Assembly (NCBI GenBank): GCA_021323165.1
Contig: JAJTCJ010000005.1
Coordinates: 3,056 to 67,055 of the forward strand
Length of the DNA stretch: 64,000 nt
Direction of reading: 5' to 3'
Source of the DNA: Bacteroidota bacterium
GTDB lineage: Bacteria > Bacteroidota > Bacteroidia > 2-12-FULL-35-15
Below are positions 1-9,159 of the stretch, one piece after another (positions within the stretch are counted from its first letter, which is position 1; each line of letters opens with the position of its first letter). The notes beneath the pieces were generated by a model. That model did no database searches. It worked only from the letters and a program-made list of their open reading frames with translations, and had not been told where the DNA came from. Both the position numbers and the translations under genes were made by a program.

Positions 1-129
1 ATGAAAGGGAAAAGCATCCTTAAGGTATTTTATTATCACCTTGCCTTCATTTTTATCAAATTCACCATCTACCTGCGACAGTATCATAAGCATATGATAA
101 CCCGCCATCACTTTATTCATTTTCGCCAT
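1..129 (-). CDS. 5' end of a hypothetical protein gene running off the left edge (43 codons visible)
   Basis: Reverse-strand ATG at 129..127 opens an uninterrupted frame to position 1 (MAKMNKVMAGYHMLMILSQVDGEFDKNEGKVIIKYLKDAFPFH). It is too short for the ORF track. No family assigned. Confidence 0.35.
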   Translation of the reverse strand, partial: MAKMNKVMAGYHMLMILSQVDGEFDKNEGKVIIKYLKDAFPFH

Positions 130-763
130 TTTTTCTGTGTGTTAACCTATGTAAATATACGGTTTTGAATAATAAATAAGCTTAAAACTATACGTTTTTT
201 CAGAAGGTTTTAAACCTGATAAACCTTAAAAAGCATTTTTGTCAACAACAAGTTTCTTTTATTGGGATCAGCTCGGGAAATGAAGAGGTAAAAGAATTTG
301 AGGGACTTGAACTTGTGAAGACCTTACCTGAAGCCTTTTGATACCAAAAATATGGTATCATTAATTAATAAGCACTTGCTTTAGTAAGTTAGCTTGTTTG
401 AGTACAATTCAAATATCCCTTTTAAATTCCCCACACAAATTATATTCCAGCATCAGGTTTTATTTCAGAATAAAATGAAATAAATCTGTTTTAATAAGAT
501 CAAATTCTCCAAGAATCCTTTTCCTGTTTCATTCTTCTTAATATTTTATTTCCAATGGATTATCTGCAAAATCTATTGGATGTATTTGCTGTTTTATAAT
601 TAACGGATGGCTTTATTTTTTAATTAATGTTTTGAGATAATGAATTCAAAAAGTTCGACAAATAAAATTGTTTTACTAATGAAATCTAAAATCAACATGA
701 TGAATAAAAATTGGCTTGCATTGAACATGATAATAAGTAAAACTCATAATAACACAAACCGTT

Positions 764-3700
764 ATGGATAACAATCACAACTATTTACCAAAAAGCATTT
801 TAACTATTCTTTTTGTGCTAATGGGTCTCTTTAGTCAGAGTCATACTTTTGCTCGAAATGCTGATTTAAGCTCCGCATTTATTAGCGATTCGCTTCCCTT
901 TCCTACTATTACTTCAGATCAGGATGATTATCCGCCCCTGAGTGATGCCTATTTATCCGGCAGAGGTTTTCACCCCTTAGAAAATGTCATTGTCCGGGTC
1001 GTTCAATTTGATGAAAATCATCCAGATGGTGTGAACAGCGGAACCTGGAGTGTTACTGCAGACTCCGCAGGTAATTTTGAAACTTACTGGCAGGTTTGTA
1101 ATTGTATAGGTGCTACTCTGAAAGCATCTGCTGACGGACAAACTTCCGGCTTACATGCAGAAACCATATTTACGGATGCTGATCTTACTGTTTCAATCTC
1201 CGGAGCAAGTTCAATTTGTACCGGAACAACTACTAATTATTCCGCTAATCCTAGCTCAGGAGGTGGCTCCTACCAATGGAGAAGGAACGGCACCAATATA
1301 GGAGGAGCTACAAGTTCTAATTATACAGCTTCCCTTGCAGGCACATACGATGTGGTATATATCAAAAGCGGAGTTTCTGCTTTTTCAAACACCATTACCT
1401 TAACAATCATTAATCCTGTTCTCTTCAGTGTTACCGGAGGAGGTACGTTTTGTACAGGTGGTGCAGGTGTGGCTGTTGGCCTAAGTGGTTCCGAAACTGG
1501 TTTAAGTTATCAGCTAAAAAGAAACGGTAGCAACGTAGGTTCCCCGGTGGCAGGCACGGGAGCTGCATTATCATTTGGCAACCAGCTATTGGCGGGAACT
1601 TATACTGTTACTGTTGTAGGATGCGCTACCACCATGTCCGGAAATGCTTCTATCACTATAAGCTCCAGACCGACTGCTACAATTACGAGTTCAAGCACTG
1701 CAATTTGTAACGGAAGCAGCGTGAATATAACAGGTAATGTAACCGCCACAGGCAGCTGGTCACTAACTTTAAATGGTGATGGTGTGGTCACAGGTTCAGG
1801 AAACGGCTCTTTCACAAAAAACCTGAGTCCTTCATCTACCACTACATATTCGATCGCATCACTTGCTGATGCAGCCTGCAGCTCGCTCTCTTCTGATCTT
1901 AGCGGCTCAACCACTGTTACGGTTAATCAAAGGCCTACTGCAGTCATTACAAGCACCGATAAGGATCTCTGCAATGGCGGAAGCACTAATATAACAGGAA
2001 ATGTGGTGGCGAGCGGACACTGGACATTATCTTTAAATGGTGATGGTACTGTAACTGGAAATGGAAATGGAACTTTTTCAAAAAGTGTTACACCTTCAAA
2101 TACTACAACTTACACCATAGGTACATTAAGTGATGCTAAATGTACTGCTATAGCAGCTGATCTTAGCGGTTCTACAACCATAACTGTGGTTCAGTTATCG
2201 GCAGCTACTGCAACTCCTTCATCTCAAACCATCTGTTCAGGTGATACAATTACTCCCATTGTTTTAAGCGGAGCATCCTCCTATTCATGGACACGTACCA
2301 ACATGGCAAATGTGTTAGGAATTCCAACAAGCGGAACAGGAAATATCAGCGGAATCCTGAACAACAATACCACATCTGCAAGAACGGTTACATTTACAAT
2401 AACACCTACTCTAAGCGGATGCACAGGCGACCCTATCACCGCAACTGTTACCGTAAATCCTTTACCTGTTGTTACAGCTCAACCGGCAAATCAAAGCATT
2501 ACGTATGGTTCAGGTGCAAGCTTTACTGTTGCCGCTGCCGGAATGGTATCCGCTTATCAATGGCAGGAGTATGCTGGCTCAACATGGATTAATGTGACAG
2601 ATGGCGGGATCTATTCAGGAACTAACACCCCGACTCTGTCATTATCACTTCCAACCGCATCCATGAATAATTATAAGTACCGCTGCATTGTTTCAGGATC
2701 TTGTCCACCCAATGCTATCAGTAATGAAGCTTTATTAAATGTGAGTCAACGACCGATCACCGTAACAGTTGATCCCGGTCAGACAAAAGTTTACGGACAA
2801 AGTGATCCGGCATCATTTGCTTACCAGTTAACTTCAGGTACTCTTTTAAGCGGTGATGCATTGAGCGGTACTTTAAGCCGTACTGCAGGTGAAGATGTTA
2901 ATATATATGCGATTAATCAGAATACATTAACTGCCGGACCCAATTATCTGATCACTTTTATCTCCGATAATTTTTCAATCACACATTTAAATATTACAGG
3001 AGATTTTACTGTCGCTGATAAAATTTATGACGGCAATACAAATGCAACTATTCTTACTCGAACTCTAATAGGAAATCTTCCCGGTGATGATGTTTCTTTA
3101 ATGGGCGGTTCAGCAACCTTCGATAATATGAATGTTGGAAACGGCAAAGTAGTTACATTAACAGGAATGAGTCTTTCAGGAGCAAAAGCATTAAATTATA
3201 ATTTGTTATCCGTTGATACTGCATCGGCAGATATTACTCTGCGATCGTTAACAATTACAGTTGATCCCGGCCAGACAAAAGTTTACGGACAAATTAATCC
3301 GGCTTCTTACACTTACCAGATAACTGCAGGATCATTAGTAACGGGAGATACATTAAGCGGAGCATTAAGTCGTGCTCCCGGTGAAGATGTAAATACTTAT
3401 GCGATCACTCAAAATAGTTTAAGTGCCGGTTCAAATTATCTGATCACTTTTAATCCTGATAATTTCTCCATCACACATTTAAATATTACAGGAGATTTTA
3501 CTGCCGCTGATAAAATTTATGACGGCAATGCAACTGCAACTATTCTTACTCGAACTCTAATTGGAAATCTTCCCGGTGATGATGTTTCTTTAACTGGCGG
3601 TTCGGCATCCTTTGAGAATATGAATGTTGGAAACGGCAAAATGGTCACTTCAACAGCTATGAGTCTTTCAGGAGCAAAAGCATTAAATTATAATTTGTTA

Positions 3701-6028
3701 TCCGTTGATACTGCATCGGCAGATATTACTCTGCGATCGTTAACAATTACTGTTGATCCCGGTCAGACAAAAGTTTACGGACAAATTAATCCGGCTTCCT
3801 ACACTTACCAGATAACTTCAGGCACGTTGGTGACAGGGGATACATTAAGCGGAGCATTAAGTCGTGCTCCCGGTGAAGATGTAAATACTTATGCGATCAC
3901 TCAGAATAGTTTAAGTGCCGGTTCAAATTATCTGATCAGTTTTAATCCTGATAATTTTTCAATCACACATTTAAATATTACAGGAGATTTTACTGCTGCG
4001 AATAAAATGTATGACGGCAATGCAACTGCAACCATTCTAACACGCACCCTTATAGGAAATCTTCCCGGTGATGATGTTTCTTTAACGGGCGGTTCAGCAA
4101 ACTTTGATAACAAGAATGTTGGAAACGGAAAAGTGGTTACCTTTACAGGAATGAGCCTTTCAGGAACAAAAGCATTAAATTATAATTTATTATCAGTTGA
4201 TACGGCATCAGCCAATATAACAGCTAAACCGGCATCAGTAAGTCCGACAGCAACAAGCAAAACCTATGGCGCAAGTGATCCGGCATTAACAGGAGTGCTG
4301 TCCGGTTTCATTTCAGGAGACGGCATTACAGCTATCTACACCAGGGTTGAAGGTGAAACAGTATCAGGCAGTCCTTATTTGATCACTGCGGATTTAAATC
4401 CGGACAGTGCATTATCAAATTATACTATAACATATAATACCGCAAATTTCACTATCAACCCTGCATCGGTAAGTCCTGTTATAACTTTTTCAGTAAATCC
4501 TCAGCAATACAGTGATACTGAAACATTCACCTTAACCATTCCCGGAGGAGCGCCATTAATAAGCGGGGGGCCGCAGGCCGCTCAAAGCGCAAGCTTTTAT
4601 ATCGGAACACAGAGCCTAGGAAATGCCAACCTTATCATATCCGGATCAGACCTGGTTGCAACATTAAGTAATATTCCACTGCTGGAACCTACTCCATTCG
4701 GAACAGCACCGGTCGGACAAATGGCTCCGGGAGCACGAACCGTAAAAGCAGTTATCAATAACCCGGATAATAATTATTCATTCAGCACTTTAGAACCTAC
4801 AGCGGTTTTAAATATCAGCAAAGAGAATTCAGCTGCATATTATACCGGAGGAGAATTTGCAAGCACAGGAACTGCAACTGCTACTACAGCTAATATTCGT
4901 TTATCGGCAACAGTAATTGATACTGCTGATTCAAACAGAGGAGACATCAGGAATGCACTTGTGCGTTTTAAGATCCAACCTTACAATTGCGATATTTCAA
5001 TGACTCCGGGTGCTGTTATTTATACCCGATGGAGAACCGTTTCACTTGTAAACGCATCTGATATTTCTACGGGAACCGCGGTTCTTGATACATCATTCAA
5101 CATAGGAAGCTGTGATGCAAAGATCTATGATGTTACGGTTGAAACCGGAAACTATTATACAGGCAATTCCGGTATGGCAACAATAACTGTAGCTAAGTCT
5201 CTCAACGATTTTATTACCGGTGGCGGTCATCTTATAGTGGGTGCTGGTTCCGGAAATAAAACAAGCGGTACATATAAATCAACAGACAATTCAAAAACAA
5301 ACTGGGGATTCAATGTGAAGTACAATAAAAACAAAACCAATCTCCAGGGGAATGTGAATATCATTATTCGCAGTGGCGGGAAAAGCTACCAGGTGAAAGG
5401 TATCGTTGGCGGAAGTAATGGTGCATTGAGTGTTAACACTACAGATCCATCCAATATGCGTGCAACTGTTACAGCCAAAGCAAACATGATCGATCTTTCC
5501 ACCGGACTTGCAGTAAATTACGGCAGCAACGCGACAATGGAATTAAGGATGAGCGATAAAGGTGAACCCGGAGTAAACAAAGACACCTATGGAATTACAA
5601 TTTGGGGTTCAAACAATACATTGCTTTATTCAAGCAACTGGACAGGCACCACAACAGGCGAGCTGCCTATTAACGGAGGCAACATCCAGGTGAAGAGTAC
5701 ATCCTCGGGCAGGAGTATGGAAGAATCAGAGGCAGTAACAACAATAAATGCAGATTCAGTTGACCCGGAAAAACCATTTATTATTTATCCGAATCCGAAT
5801 ACAGGAATGTTCACCGTTGAGATCTGCAGAAAAGACATAAGTGAAAGCGCCCAGATAGAAGTAACAAATTCTGTAGGTCAGCTGGTGTATACAAAAATAC
5901 CCCAAGTGCAGGATGGATGTATCAAAGAAATAATGGAGCTTGATAATTCATTACCAGATGGAATTTATTTCATTCACCTTAAAATTGGACAAAAAGATCA
6001 AATGATGAAGATGATGTTGATGAAGTAG
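764..6028 (+). CDS. Large T9SS-secreted adhesin-like surface protein with Ig-like domains and MBG/YDG repeat modules
   Basis: N-terminal signal-like segment. Repeated Cys-containing Ig-like units (TxICxGxS). Three MBG-type (VYGQxxPAxxxYQxTxG...GEDVNxYAI) plus YDG-type (ADKIYDGNxxAT) modules. C-terminal T9SS sorting domain (IIYPNPNTGMFTVEI...GIYFIHL). Confidence 0.85.
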   Translation: MDNNHNYLPKSILTILFVLMGLFSQSHTFARNADLSSAFISDSLPFPTITSDQDDYPPLSDAYLSGRGFHPLENVIVRVVQFDENHPDGVNSGTWSVTADSAGNFETYWQVCNCIGATLKASADGQTSGLHAETIFTDADLTVSISGASSICTGTTTNYSANPSSGGGSYQWRRNGTNIGGATSSNYTASLAGTYDVVYIKSGVSAFSNTITLTIINPVLFSVTGGGTFCTGGAGVAVGLSGSETGLSYQLKRNGSNVGSPVAGTGAALSFGNQLLAGTYTVTVVGCATTMSGNASITISSRPTATITSSSTAICNGSSVNITGNVTATGSWSLTLNGDGVVTGSGNGSFTKNLSPSSTTTYSIASLADAACSSLSSDLSGSTTVTVNQRPTAVITSTDKDLCNGGSTNITGNVVASGHWTLSLNGDGTVTGNGNGTFSKSVTPSNTTTYTIGTLSDAKCTAIAADLSGSTTITVVQLSAATATPSSQTICSGDTITPIVLSGASSYSWTRTNMANVLGIPTSGTGNISGILNNNTTSARTVTFTITPTLSGCTGDPITATVTVNPLPVVTAQPANQSITYGSGASFTVAAAGMVSAYQWQEYAGSTWINVTDGGIYSGTNTPTLSLSLPTASMNNYKYRCIVSGSCPPNAISNEALLNVSQRPITVTVDPGQTKVYGQSDPASFAYQLTSGTLLSGDALSGTLSRTAGEDVNIYAINQNTLTAGPNYLITFISDNFSITHLNITGDFTVADKIYDGNTNATILTRTLIGNLPGDDVSLMGGSATFDNMNVGNGKVVTLTGMSLSGAKALNYNLLSVDTASADITLRSLTITVDPGQTKVYGQINPASYTYQITAGSLVTGDTLSGALSRAPGEDVNTYAITQNSLSAGSNYLITFNPDNFSITHLNITGDFTAADKIYDGNATATILTRTLIGNLPGDDVSLTGGSASFENMNVGNGKMVTSTAMSLSGAKALNYNLLSVDTASADITLRSLTITVDPGQTKVYGQINPASYTYQITSGTLVTGDTLSGALSRAPGEDVNTYAITQNSLSAGSNYLISFNPDNFSITHLNITGDFTAANKMYDGNATATILTRTLIGNLPGDDVSLTGGSANFDNKNVGNGKVVTFTGMSLSGTKALNYNLLSVDTASANITAKPASVSPTATSKTYGASDPALTGVLSGFISGDGITAIYTRVEGETVSGSPYLITADLNPDSALSNYTITYNTANFTINPASVSPVITFSVNPQQYSDTETFTLTIPGGAPLISGGPQAAQSASFYIGTQSLGNANLIISGSDLVATLSNIPLLEPTPFGTAPVGQMAPGARTVKAVINNPDNNYSFSTLEPTAVLNISKENSAAYYTGGEFASTGTATATTANIRLSATVIDTADSNRGDIRNALVRFKIQPYNCDISMTPGAVIYTRWRTVSLVNASDISTGTAVLDTSFNIGSCDAKIYDVTVETGNYYTGNSGMATITVAKSLNDFITGGGHLIVGAGSGNKTSGTYKSTDNSKTNWGFNVKYNKNKTNLQGNVNIIIRSGGKSYQVKGIVGGSNGALSVNTTDPSNMRATVTAKANMIDLSTGLAVNYGSNATMELRMSDKGEPGVNKDTYGITIWGSNNTLLYSSNWTGTTTGELPINGGNIQVKSTSSGRSMEESEAVTTINADSVDPEKPFIIYPNPNTGMFTVEICRKDISESAQIEVTNSVGQLVYTKIPQVQDGCIKEIMELDNSLPDGIYFIHLKIGQKDQMMKMMLMK
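2749..4224 (+). repeat. Three tandem in-frame 492-bp (164-codon) MBG+YDG modules inside the adhesin gene
   Basis: Anchors gttgatcccgg at 2768 and 3260, and gcgatcgtta at 3241 and 3733, give a 492-nt period. Copies 2 and 3 differ at 2 of the first 60 nt compared. Confidence 0.85.
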
Positions 6029-6049
6029 AGTGCTTTTTCCAAATGAAAG

Positions 6050-6079
6050 ATCCCAAATGAGAATTTGGGATTTTTTTTT
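6050..6079 (+). terminator. Rho-independent terminator after the adhesin gene
   Basis: Stem atcccaaat / atttgggat with loop gaga, followed by a T9 run. Confidence 0.8.
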
Positions 6080-6175
6080 AAATGAAAAATTTTCTAACTC
6101 TTTTGCCGGAAAATCCCGATAACTGTCGATTTTCGGTATAAATCGAAATTAAGCTTCGTTTTTAACGAAAATGTT

Positions 6176-6204
6176 TTGCAGAATTAAAAAAATACTTACT
6201 TTTG
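6176..6204 (+). promoter_or_regulatory. Bacteroidota-type promoter upstream of tRNA-Gly
   Basis: TTG at 6176-6178, an 18-nt spacer, then TACTTTTG (perfect TAnnTTTG) at 6197-6204, about 44 nt upstream of the tRNA. Confidence 0.55.
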
Positions 6205-6247
6205 CAATCCATTATCCGCTATACGCTTGTATTGAAGGATAAAAAAC

Positions 6248-6320
6248 GCGAAAGTAGCTCAGTTGGTAGAGCGCGACCTTGCCAAGGTCGAGGTCGCGGG
6301 TTCGAACCCCGTCTTTCGCT
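6248..6320 (+). tRNA. tRNA-Gly (anticodon GCC)
   Basis: Cloverleaf read by eye: acceptor GCGAAAG/CTTTCGC, D arm GCTCAGTTGGTAGAGC, anticodon stem-loop CGACC-TTGCCAA-GGTCG, T arm GCGGG-TTCGAAC-CCCGT. No encoded CCA. Confidence 0.92.
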
Positions 6321-6367
6321 CTTCGTTCACTATAGCCCGTTTAGGCGAAGGTGAGCATAAGAGAAAG

Positions 6368-6397
6368 CCCTCTTTTAACCGAGAGGGTATTTTTTTA
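6368..6397 (+). terminator. Hairpin plus T-run between the two tRNA genes
   Basis: Stem ccctct / agaggg with an 8-nt loop, followed by tattttttt. Confidence 0.55.
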
Positions 6398-6435
6398 AAG
6401 ATTTCGGAATACTACCAGATCCGGAACTTATATTG

Positions 6436-6520
6436 GCCCAGGTGGTGGAACTGGTAGACACGCAGGACTTAAAATCCTGTGATCATTGCGATCGTACCGG
6501 TTCGATTCCGGTCCCGGGTA
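6436..6520 (+). tRNA. tRNA-Leu (anticodon TAA), long variable arm
   Basis: GCCCAGG acceptor, GTGGAACTGGTAGACAC D arm, CAGGA-CTTAAAA-TCCTG anticodon arm, variable-arm hairpin GATC-ATTGC-GATC, T arm ACCGG-TTCGATT-CCGGT. There is one A5:C68 acceptor mismatch. Confidence 0.88.
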
Positions 6521-6525
6521 CTAAG

Positions 6526-6555
6526 CCGGATCATTTAAACATGATCCGGTTTTTT
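6526..6555 (+). terminator. Rho-independent terminator after tRNA-Leu
   Basis: Stem ccggatcat / atgatccgg with loop ttaaac, then T6. Confidence 0.8.
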
Positions 6556-6813
6556 GTTTCTCTTCCTCAATAAAATCAAGGGTTTCAGTTTAAAATTCAG
6601 ATTCGATATTTTAGTGGTTAAATTATTCGAATTTCAATTCGCATTGAGAATGAATTAATTGCGAGTTCGAGTACGGTTCACCCTAAAAATTCAAAATATG
6701 AGTAACTACAAACGATTAAGTATTGAGGAATTGAAAGCATTTCCCGGCTTTGAAAATCACACAGATGAAATGGCAAATGAAACAATAGCAACTCTGCTTG
6801 TCTATTTTGTTCT

Positions 6814-8286
6814 ATGAACTATACCAAAAATCTCTTTCTGAGGAAGAAATCAACGCTACTCAATAGTAAATTTTGTATATTTAATACAATGAGACTTTCG
6901 ACATTCATATTGTTTCTCTTTACTTTTCTGTTATTTAGCGGAAAGGCGCAAAAAGAAATTGCCCAATCAACCGAACAAGATGGATATGTTCAGGATTTTA
7001 ACATCCTTACTACGAGTATGCGTGAACTTTACCCTATGTTTTACACGGTTCAAGGGAAAGAGAAAGTCGAGCAAGCAATTAAAGAAACCTTTGTAAAACT
7101 TTCTACTGCAAAGACGAAACACGAAGCGTTGTATATAATTCAACGCTTTCTTTATGGGTTTTCAGACGTTCACGCTTCACTTATGATATATGGTGATCTC
7201 TTGGTCGAAAAAGCACTGCCTTTCAAAGTACAGATTATTAAGGATGAACTTTATATCAAAAATTTTCCGGCCAATCCGTTACTGAATGGAGCAAAAATTA
7301 ATGCAATTGATTCTCATAATACAAAAAATGTCATTGATAGTTTAAAAGTTCTATATCCAGTAGATGGAAATAATGTAATGGGTCTCGTCATCCAACCGTT
7401 ATTTAATTCCTTCTATGGGGCTTTCATTGAACAACGAGATTCCTTCTCTATTAATACAGATAAAGGGATAATAACAGTTCCATGTCTAAAAAGAAGTGAT
7501 CCGACATTCAACGACATTATCCGCAATTCTTGGATGAGCTATATGGTCACTGACAAAGATTGGATGAAAAAGGAAGTCACTGATCAATATGGGTACTTTA
7601 GACTTCTTAGTTTCGATAAAAAAGTAAATGGCTTTAAAATAGAGAATGAGTTCAATAGTCTTATTGCGGAACTTAATAAACGAAAAGTACCAAATTTGAT
7701 TATTGATTTAAGGTACAATTCCGGAGGCGATCCTTATATGGCAGGCAGAATAGCTTCCTTGCTCATAGATCAACCGATAAAAGTATTTGAAAAACTTATT
7801 GTTGTTAAACCAGAGGCTCCGAGTTTCAGCCAATATCTAAAAATTAAATATCCAGGTAGGACTAAAGGAGTTATTAAGGTTAGCGATCACTATGAAAAGG
7901 TTTCAGGAGATAAAGGACTTGTTGCAATCAACCCTTCAAAAGACCAGTATAAGGGAAAAATTTATGTTATTACAGGTGCTATGACGGAATCTACTTCTAC
8001 GATGTTATGTAAATATTTAAAAGGCAGAAAAGATGTAATTTTTGTGGGATCGGAAACACCGGGTGCAATTAATTATTTTTGCGCTCATAACCATTGTGAA
8101 GTTACCTTACCTAATATAGGCTTCATTGCAGGATTTGGCATGCAGCTTATAGAACTGGAAAATGGCTCAAGTGCAGATCAAAAGCCTCAAGGGGTAAAGC
8201 CTGATGTGGCCGTTGATTATAATATTGAAGAGGCTTTGTTGAAAAAGGACAAGGAAATGGAATGGATTCTTAATAAGCTAAAATGA
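6814..8286 (+). CDS. S41-family (C-terminal processing / tail-specific type) peptidase-like secreted protein
   Basis: Motifs IIDLRYNSGGDPYMA and VITGAMTESTSTML are typical of peptidase S41. A signal peptide (MRLSTFILFLFTFLLFSGKAQ) starts at the internal ATG at 6889, which is the more likely start. Confidence 0.7.
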   Translation: MNYTKNLFLRKKSTLLNSKFCIFNTMRLSTFILFLFTFLLFSGKAQKEIAQSTEQDGYVQDFNILTTSMRELYPMFYTVQGKEKVEQAIKETFVKLSTAKTKHEALYIIQRFLYGFSDVHASLMIYGDLLVEKALPFKVQIIKDELYIKNFPANPLLNGAKINAIDSHNTKNVIDSLKVLYPVDGNNVMGLVIQPLFNSFYGAFIEQRDSFSINTDKGIITVPCLKRSDPTFNDIIRNSWMSYMVTDKDWMKKEVTDQYGYFRLLSFDKKVNGFKIENEFNSLIAELNKRKVPNLIIDLRYNSGGDPYMAGRIASLLIDQPIKVFEKLIVVKPEAPSFSQYLKIKYPGRTKGVIKVSDHYEKVSGDKGLVAINPSKDQYKGKIYVITGAMTESTSTMLCKYLKGRKDVIFVGSETPGAINYFCAHNHCEVTLPNIGFIAGFGMQLIELENGSSADQKPQGVKPDVAVDYNIEEALLKKDKEMEWILNKLK

Positions 8287-8392
8287 AAGAAAGCAAAGCC
8301 CTTTTAAGTCGTTTGTTTGCAAAGGTGGCGTAACAGGCCAGATTGGAGAAATTCTCCTCATAGGTGGGCAATGGATCATGAGGATTCTAAGT

Positions 8393-8437
8393 CGCTGTAA
8401 ATCATCCAAAAAGTTCGATATTTGCAACCCGTAGGGT
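8393..8437 (+). repeat. Copy 1 of a 45-nt intergenic repeat (CGCTGTAAATCATCCAAAAAGTTCGATATTTGCAACC(C)GTAGGGT)
   Basis: Identical to 12011-12054 except for one extra C. It contains GATATTTG, one mismatch from the TAnnTTTG -7 box. A hairpin plus T7 (ccttgc tac gcaagg) follows near 8450-8475. Confidence 0.8.
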
Positions 8438-8532
8438 ACTCTTTTAAAGCCTTGCTACGCAAGGCTTTTTTTATTCCCTATATTATTATAAGTTCCCTAT
8501 ATCAACACTGTGGAAAGACAAAAGCTTCATTC

Positions 8533-9096
8533 CTACTGAAACCAATGACGAGGTCCAACCCGAAAGAAAGTGGCAAGAGTACAATCGCCTTCTATGACAC
8601 AAAGCAAACAACAATGAACCTTATTCTTTTTCAACTTCTTTGTCTTAACCTTTTTTTTCGTCAAGGACCCACTAACATCAAACACATTATTCAAAGACAA
8701 TAAATTCTGAATTTTAGTGGAATCGGAACCATTGTAAATTGTACGCTGTGAAATTTTTTGTGCTTTTCCGGCAGATTTAATGTTTAGTCTTCCTGACGGC
8801 AAATATTTGCGCATATCAGCCTGCAATTTTTTTATTCGTTTTTGTGTTAATTGCTCTGTTTCACTACTGTCACGGTAAATATCTAGGCTATATAAATCTT
8901 TTATATTAGCCGCGATATATTTAAAACACGAATCAACACTATAGGGCATTTCGGCATACTCGATGGAATTATGTTTAAAATAAATGTTGGGGTAGGTCAT
9001 CGTGAGACCAGCAACCTGTCCGCTGTTTCTTTGGCCATGAAGAGATAGTGTGCAAACAAGAAGGATCAATAGTGTTTTCACGGTTCTTAGCTGCAT
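8533..9096 (-). CDS. Hypothetical secreted protein
   Basis: N-terminal signal peptide (MQLRTVKTLLILLVCTLSLHGQ). No family recognised. The lysine-rich, odd C-terminal tail makes the true stop and extent uncertain. Confidence 0.5.
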   Translation of the reverse strand: MQLRTVKTLLILLVCTLSLHGQRNSGQVAGLTMTYPNIYFKHNSIEYAEMPYSVDSCFKYIAANIKDLYSLDIYRDSSETEQLTQKRIKKLQADMRKYLPSGRLNIKSAGKAQKISQRTIYNGSDSTKIQNLLSLNNVFDVSGSLTKKKVKTKKLKKNKVHCCLLCVIEGDCTLATFFRVGPRHWFQ

Positions 9097-9159
9097 GGTA
9101 ACATAAAGATACTACACCTATCCAAATAAATCTCTGTCCTTTTACTTATATTTACTCTT

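Noticed and set aside
1600-4113. Antisense and alternate-frame ORFs inside the 1754-aa adhesin gene (1600..1914 -, 2287..2592 +, 3928..4113 -)
   Set aside because: They are embedded in a long, well-supported repeat-rich CDS. They have low-complexity translations and no start context.
6263-6457. 64-aa + strand ORF in the track
   Set aside because: It runs through tRNA-Gly, the inter-tRNA terminator and the 5' end of tRNA-Leu, so it is a by-product of the RNA genes.
6436-6520. A5:C68 mismatch in the tRNA-Leu acceptor stem as a sign of a pseudo-tRNA
   Set aside because: All other arms are canonical and closely resemble standard bacterial tRNA-Leu(UAA). A single A-C apposition does not justify a pseudogene call without a scoring tool.
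8422-8703. 93-aa + ORF (and the similar 11879..12070 + ORF)
   Set aside because: Both start in or run through the 45-nt intergenic repeat and cross terminator hairpins. 8422..8703 also overlaps the better-supported minus-strand gene at 8533..9096.
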